A DNA stretch of 64,000 nucleotides. Origin: Bacilli bacterium (GTDB lineage: Bacteria; Bacillota_I; Bacilli_A; RF39; UBA660). Positions 10,961 through 19,564 of this stretch are shown here, in pieces. The stretch lies in assembly GCA_017484125.1 (NCBI GenBank), contig JAFUTV010000002.1, positions 737 through 64,736 of the forward strand, in the 5' to 3' direction. A model generated the notes under the pieces. That model had not been told where the DNA came from and ran no database searches. It saw only the letters and a list, made by a program, of their open reading frames with translations. A program made the position numbers and the translations under genes. The number at the start of each line of letters is the position of its first letter. Positions within the stretch are counted from its first letter, which is position 1.

Positions 10961-12754
10961 CTATCCTTGTTTAATTAATTTTGTTCCAAGTAAATGTTTT
11001 CTTATTCTAAGTAAGCTTAGCGAATCAACACTGTTGCTTCCCTCAATCTTAGCTGCCTCTAAATAAGCACCACTAAGTTTAGACGTTCCAAGTAAATGTT
11101 TTCTTAGCTTTAATAAATCTAAAGAATCTATTAGTCCATCACCTGATAAATCACCATACATAACAACAGTGTATGAAGTACCATCTTTTAAAGATATTTT
11201 AGTACCTGTTTTAATTGTATCATTACTATCATATGATATATTTTTATCTTTATTTTTAATACTTTCTACTGTAGTTCCTAAATCAATTCCTTTTACATAT
11301 TTACCCGAAATAATTCCACCTATATTTTTTATATCGCCAATATCTTCTTTTGTTTTACTATTATCAGTAGTATCTTCTTTGGTTGATTCTTCTTTTTGAT
11401 CTTGTTTATTTTCCACTGGTGTAGAGTTTTCTGTTAAAGAAAACGATGAACATGAAGTACATAATCCACCACTTGCATAAACTAAACCAGCGCGTAATGG
11501 ATTTGATGCAGAAGAAAAAGCACCAATATTAAAGAAATTATATAACCCATCATATTCTATTCCATTATAAGTGAATTTTTTACCACTAACTAAAAGACTT
11601 TGACTTCCTATTTCTTGTATTGCTAAAGATGCTAAATAAACAGAATTAACATTGGCGGTTTTTCCAGCTTCTAAAAATATTGAAGCGTAGGTTTGATTAT
11701 CTATAGCATCAAATCCACTTATTAATTCATTTTTGTTTAAAACACTTTGAATAAGTTTTTCACTAACTTCAATATATGATAAGTTTTCAAACATAAATAC
11801 AAATGTTTCATTTAACCAATTTCTTGGATCTAAATAATACTTTGTAGTAGCAAGATTAGGATAATACCATCCTTTTTCATTAGTGGCCATTAGCCTACCT
11901 TTAGAATCTAATTCCACTAATTTTTTATTAGTTGAATTAATTGATCCAGATAGCATAAAGTTTGTAGCTGCAGTTTCAAAATCCAATCCAGTTTTCATTG
12001 CAGTAAATGTCCATGATGGATGAATGCTATGTAATTGTCTTAAATATGGTTTGTAACTATCAGGAAAGTCTTTAATAGTTTCTTCAAATTCTTTATCTTT
12101 AACTTTATTTAATTTAGATAAATTAGCATCTTGTTTACCATCAGGTTTAGAATATGTTGCTTTCATATTTTCATAGATTGGAATATTAAAGTTAAAAGCT
12201 AAATCTATTGAATTATTATTATTATAAGATTTCCAACTAGTTATTGCTTCAGAAGATGGTGCTTGAATATTAGTTTGATATAAATGTTTATATATGTCAT
12301 AACTACCATTTGGATTAACATTAAATTTCTTTAGATATGAAGTAAATTGTCCTTTAGAAATATAGGCATTACCAATAAACTTAGCACCACCTACTATTGC
12401 TTTTTTAGGAGTATTCCAAGGTCTTAAATAAACATCAGATATATCTGTAGAATAATAAGAAGAACATAAATAACCTTCTTTATTATTAAAGCTTACCTTT
12501 ACCCAACCATCACTACAATCATTATTATCTTTATCATATATTTTATTATCATCTATAATACTTATTGTATCTCCACTATTTAAGGTATCAATTCTAGTAG
12601 AATTTTTAGTTGTTGGCTTATCTCTTAAAGCTACAGCATTACCTGTAATTTTGGCAGCGTAACTTTTAGCATACGAAAAAGATATTCTACCAATAAGAGA
12701 ATATGTTATTAGAGTTAATCCCAAAATTAATATTACTACCTTTTTTAACTTCAT
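10961..12754 (-). CDS. Secreted peptidoglycan hydrolase: SH3b, glucosaminidase (GH73-like), C-terminal dockerin
   Basis: Signal peptide; SH3 (ALRDKP..GWVKV..GYL); YYLDPRN, IQE, YNFFNIGA; dockerin YGDLSGDGLIDSLDLLKLRKHLLG with a second repeat. Confidence 0.85.
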   Translation of the reverse strand: MKLKKVVILILGLTLITYSLIGRISFSYAKSYAAKITGNAVALRDKPTTKNSTRIDTLNSGDTISIIDDNKIYDKDNNDCSDGWVKVSFNNKEGYLCSSYYSTDISDVYLRPWNTPKKAIVGGAKFIGNAYISKGQFTSYLKKFNVNPNGSYDIYKHLYQTNIQAPSSEAITSWKSYNNNNSIDLAFNFNIPIYENMKATYSKPDGKQDANLSKLNKVKDKEFEETIKDFPDSYKPYLRQLHSIHPSWTFTAMKTGLDFETAATNFMLSGSINSTNKKLVELDSKGRLMATNEKGWYYPNLATTKYYLDPRNWLNETFVFMFENLSYIEVSEKLIQSVLNKNELISGFDAIDNQTYASIFLEAGKTANVNSVYLASLAIQEIGSQSLLVSGKKFTYNGIEYDGLYNFFNIGAFSSASNPLRAGLVYASGGLCTSCSSFSLTENSTPVENKQDQKEESTKEDTTDNSKTKEDIGDIKNIGGIISGKYVKGIDLGTTVESIKNKDKNISYDSNDTIKTGTKISLKDGTSYTVVMYGDLSGDGLIDSLDLLKLRKHLLGTSKLSGAYLEAAKIEGSNSVDSLSLLRIRKHLLGTKLIKQG

Positions 12755-12905
12755 TTACCTTATCTCCCATTATTATTAATTATATCATGTCAATAATACT
12801 ATGTAAAATTATTAAAAAATCACTTTACACTTATTATTATTTGACTTTTTTGTTATATTCATTTATAATAGCCAATGTTGTTTAAAAGAAAGGGGTTGTT
12901 TTTTT

Positions 12906-13898
12906 ATGGATTATTCTAAGTTAGAAACGATGTTAGAAATTCAAAAAGAAGGCAAAAGAATAATATTCGAAATATATTATGACAACAAAAAAGATTTTTT
13001 AAACGATGCTAAAGAATACCTTAAATTACATAATAATTTAGCAAAAGAAATAAAAATATTGGTTGATACTATTACTTATGGAAACCCTAGTAATACTTTT
13101 TATGTTAATGATACTAATGATGATTATTCTCCAAATTATATTTGGCATTTTCAAGAAATTCTTAAATTATATAGTAGAGATAAAATAAGAGGTTTAAGAA
13201 GAGCCATGGATTTCAAAAAGAAGGCTAAAGTTTTTGAAAATCAAATAGAGATGTTTAGAAATAGATATATAAATGCCGATTTATATTTGGATACTTTGGA
13301 AGAAATCAAAGATGCTATCGAAAAAGAAAACAACATCAAAAAAAAGACTAAATATGTAGAAATTGAGAATATATCAAATGCTTCACTTGATAAGGAAATA
13401 ATACATGATATTTATTTAAGTGGCTATAGTTTTATAGATTATGCTTTTTATAATCCTATTGATATAAGTGCTTGCTATACATATTTTGGTAATATTAATG
13501 AAAATAGTAAAAATAAAGAAGCAATAGAAATTAAACATCGTGAAAGTAAAACTATTCCTCTTATATTAGAAATAATAGAAAGAATAAATAATGATGATCT
13601 TGATATAATTGAATATTTTGAAATTACTAAATTAAATCCTACTAAATTAATATTTTTTGCTAAACAATATGGGCTTCGTAGTTATAAGTTAAATAATTTT
13701 ATAAGTAGTTATAAAGACTCATCAATAATAAATGTAGAAAAAGTATTTAATGGAAAATTAATCATATCTAATCAAGAAGTACCTCTAAGCACTAAAAAGG
13801 AGGCAGTTAACTATTTAAATGCAATCAATGCTCCAATAAATAGTATGAGTTATAATGCAATGATTAAAAGATTAGTTAATAAAAAAACTTCAAATTAA
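12906..13898 (+). CDS. Hypothetical protein
   Basis: 330-aa ORF, AAGGGG RBS, TTGACT/TATAAT-like promoter upstream; no motif recognised. Confidence 0.7.
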   Translation: MDYSKLETMLEIQKEGKRIIFEIYYDNKKDFLNDAKEYLKLHNNLAKEIKILVDTITYGNPSNTFYVNDTNDDYSPNYIWHFQEILKLYSRDKIRGLRRAMDFKKKAKVFENQIEMFRNRYINADLYLDTLEEIKDAIEKENNIKKKTKYVEIENISNASLDKEIIHDIYLSGYSFIDYAFYNPIDISACYTYFGNINENSKNKEAIEIKHRESKTIPLILEIIERINNDDLDIIEYFEITKLNPTKLIFFAKQYGLRSYKLNNFISSYKDSSIINVEKVFNGKLIISNQEVPLSTKKEAVNYLNAINAPINSMSYNAMIKRLVNKKTSN

Positions 13899-13909
13899 TG
13901 AAGTTTTTT
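13881..13909. terminator. Bidirectional terminator
   Basis: AAAAAAACTTCA-AATTAA-TGAAGTTTTTT between convergent genes. Confidence 0.7.
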
Positions 13910-15389
13910 ATCTGCTTAAAGTATTAGAAATTTCATCTTGAGGCATTAATTTAGCATCTTGTTTATCTTTTAATACTTGTGGGAATAAACTTACCACTAC
14001 TTTTTTTGTTTTTAGACTATATATTTGTTCTAATATTTTATCTTTAAAAGCATTAACTGCTGTTCTTGCCGCGCTTACTGCTGTTGCTGTATATGGTACA
14101 CCATCTTCAATTGTTTGAGTTGGTGTAGTATCAGAATTTGTTGGCATTACAGTTTGATTTGCTTCGTTTATAACACTATTAGTTTGATCTGTATTTAATA
14201 CTTGCGATTGTTCAACTGCTTCTAATAATTCAGCAGGTGGAGCCATTGTTTCAGAATTATTATCATCTGCTACAGTTTGAACAGCTGGTGTTTCAGGTAC
14301 AACTGGGGCTTCATTTTGTACTTCAAATGTGCTTTCAGTTGCTTGAACCTCAGGAATTATACTTGCAGGTGCTTCTTGTTGTTGAACTTGTGCTTGATCA
14401 GCATTAAGTGCTTGATCCAAAGCATTTACATATTCTTGCTTTTCTTCTTCCTTTATTGGAGTTGAATCAACAACTTGTTGCATTTCACCTTCAATTTGTT
14501 CTTGTGAAATATTTTGTTCTTCTTGTGAATTAATTGCATTTGGTGCAACAACATTTATTGCTTGAGTAAGTTCTGGACTTAAACTATCAGATGCAACTTC
14601 TTGAACTTGTTCATTAACAACTCCAGGAACTACTTCATTTTCAATATTATTATTTTCTACAGGTAATTGATTATCCATTTGAGGAACTGCTGTATCAGGC
14701 ACAGCATTTTCTTGTACTACTTCAGTATTTATTTCAGGACTTTCAATTGAATTTTGAACTTCACTTTGAGTTACTTCTTTGTCTAAATCGTTTGCAACTT
14801 CTTGATCATAATCAGTACTTATAGTTGGTACATTATTTATTAATGGAGCATCACTTTGTACATATTCACTAGCAACATTATTATTAGCTAATGTTTGACT
14901 TCCTAATTCATTAATTCTAGATATAATTTCTGATTTGTTATCCATTGCAGAACTATGCATTTGCTTAATTAATTCTTCTTGTCTTGAAATTAGTTCACTA
15001 ATATTATTATTATAATTTACTAATTTTGATAATTCACTATTAATTAATTGAAGTTCTTCACTTACCTTAGAATCAAATCCAGTGAACAATTTTTTAATAT
15101 CATTAACTTCTGCTTTATCAATATGTCCTGAATCAACATTAGTTAATGCACTTTTAATATTATCTAATACAGGTAGTATATCCGATACTTGAGAAACTAA
15201 ACGGTTATTGTTATCTCTTGTAACATCTAATCTTGCATTAGCTAAGTCTCTTTCTAATTCTAATATTTTAGAATACATTTCTTGAATTAATGAATTTCTA
15301 TTTTCTTTAAATTGTTCAAAGTATTCAGTCATTGTTTCTGAAGACTCTTTACTTCTAAACTTTAAAATATCGTCAATATTTCCTTTCAT
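13908..15389 (-). CDS. Hypothetical protein: N-terminal coiled coil, long acidic Q/E/P/V-rich disordered region
   Basis: 493-aa ORF; composition. Confidence 0.7.
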   Translation of the reverse strand: MKGNIDDILKFRSKESSETMTEYFEQFKENRNSLIQEMYSKILELERDLANARLDVTRDNNNRLVSQVSDILPVLDNIKSALTNVDSGHIDKAEVNDIKKLFTGFDSKVSEELQLINSELSKLVNYNNNISELISRQEELIKQMHSSAMDNKSEIISRINELGSQTLANNNVASEYVQSDAPLINNVPTISTDYDQEVANDLDKEVTQSEVQNSIESPEINTEVVQENAVPDTAVPQMDNQLPVENNNIENEVVPGVVNEQVQEVASDSLSPELTQAINVVAPNAINSQEEQNISQEQIEGEMQQVVDSTPIKEEEKQEYVNALDQALNADQAQVQQQEAPASIIPEVQATESTFEVQNEAPVVPETPAVQTVADDNNSETMAPPAELLEAVEQSQVLNTDQTNSVINEANQTVMPTNSDTTPTQTIEDGVPYTATAVSAARTAVNAFKDKILEQIYSLKTKKVVVSLFPQVLKDKQDAKLMPQDEISNTLSR

Positions 15390-15404
15390 AATTTCACTTA
15401 TCCT

Positions 15405-15662
15405 TTACTTTAGATTTTGAATTTTTTCCATAATTGTTCTAATTAAATCCCATTCTTTTTCATCGGTAACTTCACCAAGTTCACTAGTTCCAACGCTTGG
15501 ATCATATGTACTTACAAAAAGATTTTCTTTACCATCTTCTGCTAAAGAATGATCTGTATAAGCAATGTATCCTTTATGAGTTTCATTACAAACAAATGAA
15601 AAATAAATATCACAAGTAATTGTTTGTCCATTTTCCATAATTTCTAATTTATCTTGACCCAT
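15405..15662 (-). CDS. DUF1292 family small acidic protein
   Basis: CDIYFSF..KGYIAYTD..YDP..VTDEKEWDLI pattern. Confidence 0.75.
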   Translation of the reverse strand: MGQDKLEIMENGQTITCDIYFSFVCNETHKGYIAYTDHSLAEDGKENLFVSTYDPSVGTSELGEVTDEKEWDLIRTIMEKIQNLK

Positions 15663-15738
15663 ATTACTTACCCTCTATTCTATTATTAATTTTATCATAT
15701 GATATTTTAATAATCAACAAATTTTTAGCATAAAATTG

Positions 15739-15768
15739 TTGACATTAATCATAATAATAGTATATAAT
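15739..15768 (+). promoter_or_regulatory. Sigma-A promoter of tRNA-Asn
   Basis: TTGACA (15739) - 18 nt - TATAAT (15763). Confidence 0.8.
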
Positions 15769-15779
15769 GTAATAGCAAT

Positions 15780-15855
15780 GCCCGATTAGCTCAGTTGGTA
15801 GAGCGCACGGCTGTTAACCGTTAGGTCGCAGGTCCGAGTCCTGCATCGGGCGCCA
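15780..15855 (+). tRNA. tRNA-Asn (GTT)
   Basis: Cloverleaf: acceptor GCCCGAT/ATCGGGC, D arm GCTC/GAGC, anticodon loop CTGTTAA, T arm GCAGG/CCTGC, encoded CCA. Confidence 0.97.
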
Positions 15856-15895
15856 TTTTGTTTATAGTTGCTTAAGATTGTTAAGCATTAATATT

Positions 15896-15928
15896 AAAAG
15901 AGTACTTTGTTTAAAAAGTACTCTTTTT
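15896..15928. terminator. Terminator between tRNA-Asn and convergent gene
   Basis: AAAAGAGTACTTT...AAAGTACTCTTTT 13-bp inverted repeat. Confidence 0.8.
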
Positions 15929-15963
15929 ATCTTAAAAAAATATTTAATAAATAATACTTATTA

Positions 15964-16758
15964 TTAATACTTAATGATATATAATACAGATGTATTTGTT
16001 GGACGTGATGTATAGTTAGTACTTTTTACATTTCCTGTGTTGCTTCCTGAAGAAGATATGTTTATATTTGCATGTCCTGGACTTGTATTAATATATGTAT
16101 CTACATTTGTTACTTCGTTTATTGTTCTTGGGAATTGCACAACATTCCAGCCAGTTGCTAAACTAATAAAATTTGGATTATATGTTGCATCTTGATGAGT
16201 TCCAACACTTGCTCCACTTCCTTGGTTTGTGTGCGAGTTAACTCCTGTGCCTCTTAAGAATTCTCCTCTAAGATCTGGAACAGCAAATGTGGTTTCTCCA
16301 TCTCCTCCAAAGAAGTTATAAGATCCAAATTGTACATTTATATGATTTGCAAGGCGCTCGTAATCACTAATTTTATAGACACTCCCATCACAGGCTAAAT
16401 ATCCATGGGGAGATGTTGTTCCCATATATGAATATACTGAACCTACTAAAGCAGAACCCACACTATCAAATAAATCATCTATTGCTTCTTGAGTATTTGC
16501 AACTTTCCAATTACTATCTGTTGGAGTATAAGCTACACTACTTGCTCCAAAAGAGTATGAAAATACACTTGCAATACTACTTAAGAATAAACAGAAAAAC
16601 ATCGCAAAATATACTATTCTTTTAATCTTTTTATTTTGCTTTTCAATATTCTTTTTTTGTTCTTCTCTTAATTTGTTTTCTAAATCAACTTTGAATTTAT
16701 TTTGTTCTTCTTTAAATTGATTAAGCAAAACTTCTACTTTATCCTTTCTTTTACTCAT
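15964..16758 (-). CDS. Membrane-anchored protein with phage tail-collar domain
   Basis: N-terminal coiled coil and TM; VGSVYSY..P.GYLACDGS..Y..L..GGDGETTFAVPDLRGEFLRG..RPTNTSVLYIIKY. Confidence 0.85.
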   Translation of the reverse strand: MSKRKDKVEVLLNQFKEEQNKFKVDLENKLREEQKKNIEKQNKKIKRIVYFAMFFCLFLSSIASVFSYSFGASSVAYTPTDSNWKVANTQEAIDDLFDSVGSALVGSVYSYMGTTSPHGYLACDGSVYKISDYERLANHINVQFGSYNFFGGDGETTFAVPDLRGEFLRGTGVNSHTNQGSGASVGTHQDATYNPNFISLATGWNVVQFPRTINEVTNVDTYINTSPGHANINISSSGSNTGNVKSTNYTSRPTNTSVLYIIKY

Positions 16759-16877
16759 ACTATACTACTCCATTATAAATAATTATATCATATCTTTTAA
16801 GAGTTTAATAGTGTATAAAAATATATTTTTAAATCTTTTTTTATTTATAAATAAAAAAGAAAAAGAATATCTTTTTC

Positions 16878-17927
16878 TTATTCGTCTTTAACTATTCCGA
16901 AAAGTTTAACACTCTTTTTTTCTAATCCTCCCGGAACCATTTTATCAAATCCCATTTTATATAATAATTTATTAATTTCTTGAATATTTTCTTGTTTATC
17001 ATCTAAATAAGGTAAATTTTCAAATGTTTTACAACGAGATTCATATTCAAATTCTTCAATATCTTTAGGACTTAATAAACTTTTATTTAAAATAACTTGA
17101 TAACTTTTCATTTTTTCTAATACTAATCTATCTAATCTTATCATTTTATTAAGTTTAATAGTAGTAGGTTCAATTAAATGAAGAGCTTCTTTAATTGAAG
17201 ATAATTTAGGAGAATCATTAATATCAACAAGTATTACTTCATAATCACTATTAGGATTATTTGTTATTGATTCTAATTCTCCAGAAGTTACACTTCTTAA
17301 ATCACTATCATTAAAATACATAAAGTCATGTTTATCAACTTCAACTGCTAAAACTCTATAGTTTTGTTCAAGTGCTTTTTTCATCATATATGTTAATGTA
17401 GTTGCACCTGCTCCTTCAGTTAAATCTTTAATTGCAATAACTCTAGTACCCATAAACACTTTATTAACAGATTCATTAATAAAGTTTGAATCAACTTTTC
17501 CAGGATCTAGAGAGATATTTTGATTTTCTGATACTGGACCAGATGATCCTAATATATGATATTGAGCTACATCTTTATAACTATTTGGATTATTAACTAA
17601 GTATGCAACTGCATCAATATTTCTTGTAAAATTATATATTCCCATAGATATTAACTCAGAAATATATGATGGAGAATTAACTTCTTGAGAATCATCAAGT
17701 AATAATATTACTTTTGACATATCTAGTCCAAATGATAATTTTTGAATAGTTGCTATATTTTTATAATCTTTTACAGCAGTTATATCTAATATCATTTTAT
17801 TAAAGAAAAAATTTTGAAAATTAGATACTATATCATCTACTTCATACTCTCCTTGAACATTTTTTATAATATCTATTTTTAAATTAGATAACATTTGAGC
17901 ATATTTATTTGCAATAATTACATTCAT
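16878..17927 (-). CDS. TadZ/CpaE- or MinD-like protein with degenerate P-loop
   Basis: N-terminal receiver-like region; RVIAIKDLTEGAGATTLT, VLAVEVD, YEVILVD; C-terminal KKSVKLFGI amphipathic tail. Confidence 0.55.
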   Translation of the reverse strand: MNVIIANKYAQMLSNLKIDIIKNVQGEYEVDDIVSNFQNFFFNKMILDITAVKDYKNIATIQKLSFGLDMSKVILLLDDSQEVNSPSYISELISMGIYNFTRNIDAVAYLVNNPNSYKDVAQYHILGSSGPVSENQNISLDPGKVDSNFINESVNKVFMGTRVIAIKDLTEGAGATTLTYMMKKALEQNYRVLAVEVDKHDFMYFNDSDLRSVTSGELESITNNPNSDYEVILVDINDSPKLSSIKEALHLIEPTTIKLNKMIRLDRLVLEKMKSYQVILNKSLLSPKDIEEFEYESRCKTFENLPYLDDKQENIQEINKLLYKMGFDKMVPGGLEKKSVKLFGIVKDE

Positions 17928-17939
17928 ATTTTTTACCTC

Positions 17940-18434
17940 CTAGCTCCATCTACTTAATGTATAAGAATCATAAGTAGAATCTATTTCTGATGTTTGACCA
18001 TCTACATCAAATGTCATTAAATCACCAATAACTGGCAAATCAAAGTGGAAAAACAATGTTAATCTATAATATGCTCTAGTTTTATAATAAGAATGATATC
18101 CAGTATATTTACTAAAGCAATAATAGTATTTTGAATGATTTCCGTTTCTAATATTTTCTATAGTACCATTTAAATCTACTGCACCATAAACAATGGTATT
18201 ATCTGCTACTTTACATGTACCTGTAGTCTTATATCCTGCTTGTGAAAGATAGTTATTAATTAGTTTAACACCATTATCAGTAAATCCTTGACTCTTTTCA
18301 ATAATATTTAATACTTCATTTTTTACTCTAAAGGATCTAGAATAATTAATTGTTAATGCTAAATACGATGCAAAAATAAGAGTAAATAACACAACAATCA
18401 TAAATACCCATGATCCACCTATAGATTGTCTCAT
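17940..18434 (-). CDS. Pilin/pseudopilin-like protein (N-terminal TM), paralog of next gene
   Basis: MRQSIG plus hydrophobic helix; shared F.VKNE..NI, GY.TTG.C, YY..FF..DLPV motifs. Confidence 0.55.
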   Translation of the reverse strand: MRQSIGGSWVFMIVVLFTLIFASYLALTINYSRSFRVKNEVLNIIEKSQGFTDNGVKLINNYLSQAGYKTTGTCKVADNTIVYGAVDLNGTIENIRNGNHSKYYYCFSKYTGYHSYYKTRAYYRLTLFFHFDLPVIGDLMTFDVDGQTSEIDSTYDSYTLSRWS

Positions 18435-18444
18435 GTACTACCTC

Positions 18445-18894
18445 CTATATAATGCTATCGGGATAAAATAATCTTTTAGTAGATCCCTTTAGTCCAAAAG
18501 TAAATAATTGTCTAACAACTGGCAAATCAACAGAAAAAAATACTCTTATTTGATAATATTCTGAAGCTGGGAATTGTTCATCTGAAGGAATTGTTACTGG
18601 AGCAATACAAAATACAGACCTATTAGATGATGGGCCAGTTCCAGAAACTCCAAATCCAACTTCATTATTAGAACAATTACCGGTTGTTCTATATCCAACT
18701 TTTGTCATATAATCTTGAATTGATGCAAGTGCAGTCGAATTTAAACCATTATTTTTTTGAACTATATTTATTATTTCATTTTTTACTTTAAAAGCTTTAT
18801 TCATATTTATTGAAAGGCACATATAACTTGTAAAAAGAATAACAAATGTAATAAAAATACCAGTTAACCAGTATGATCCAATAGCTTGCTTCAA
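18445..18894 (-). CDS. Pilin/pseudopilin-like protein (N-terminal TM)
   Basis: MKQAIG plus hydrophobic helix; TTG start; paralogy with 17940-18434. Confidence 0.55.
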   Translation of the reverse strand: MKQAIGSYWLTGIFITFVILFTSYMCLSINMNKAFKVKNEIINIVQKNNGLNSTALASIQDYMTKVGYRTTGNCSNNEVGFGVSGTGPSSNRSVFCIAPVTIPSDEQFPASEYYQIRVFFSVDLPVVRQLFTFGLKGSTKRLFYPDSII

Positions 18895-18900
18895 ATTATA

Positions 18901-19161
18901 TCATCCTTTCCATGGGCAATATATTATTGTAGAACTATCTTTAATATGACATTTGGCTAAAGTATTGGTCATTTCATCACAGGAATTTCTTCCAGACCCA
19001 TCTCCACATGGATTTTCACAAATAGCTCTACTACAATTACTGTTTGCCTCAAAATTAGCATTTAATGATGGCCATATAGTAAAATAGAAAAAAGCCACAA
19101 GAATACCAACGGCCATAACAACTATTAAAGTCACGTTTAATTCTCCTGTAGCTTCTTTCAT
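18901..19161 (-). CDS. Small Flp-pilin-like protein with Cys-rich C-terminus
   Basis: MKEATGELN, TM, IWPS, 6 Cys. Confidence 0.6.
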   Translation of the reverse strand: MKEATGELNVTLIVVMAVGILVAFFYFTIWPSLNANFEANSNCSRAICENPCGDGSGRNSCDEMTNTLAKCHIKDSSTIIYCPWKG

Positions 19162-19192
19162 ATTATATTACCTCTCTTATTATTCTTATATT

Positions 19193-19450
19193 TTATCTAC
19201 CATGGCTTGAGTCTGCGTCACAAACTATAGTATCTTGAGACATTTGCATGTTATCATCATAATAATGACAAGTACATGTTTTTCCATCTCCTGAAGAGCA
19301 ATCGCAGTTTACAGCACTTGAGCAATATGTTTGAGCTCTTAAGTTAGCTTGGATTGATGGCCAAATAAATGCATAGAAGAATGCACCAACTGCAGCAATT
19401 GCTACAACAGTAACAACTGTCATATTTAATTCTCCTGTAGCTTCTTTCAT
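19193..19450 (-). CDS. Small Flp-pilin-like protein with Cys-rich C-terminus (paralog)
   Basis: MKEATGELN, TM, IWPS, 6 Cys; AGGAG RBS supports ATG 19450 over the track start. Confidence 0.6.
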   Translation of the reverse strand: MKEATGELNMTVVTVVAIAAVGAFFYAFIWPSIQANLRAQTYCSSAVNCDCSSGDGKTCTCHYYDDNMQMSQDTIVCDADSSHGR

Positions 19451-19564
19451 ATATATAATTCTCCTCTCTCCTATTTTTCTTATTTTTATTATATCTATTT
19501 TTCTTGTAAATATCAATATTTTTTATATGATTAACATGTATGTACTTTACACTATTACTGATAA

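Noticed and set aside
15780-16758. Prophage integrated at tRNA-Asn
   Set aside because: No integrase, no other phage genes and no duplicated tRNA 3' end seen.
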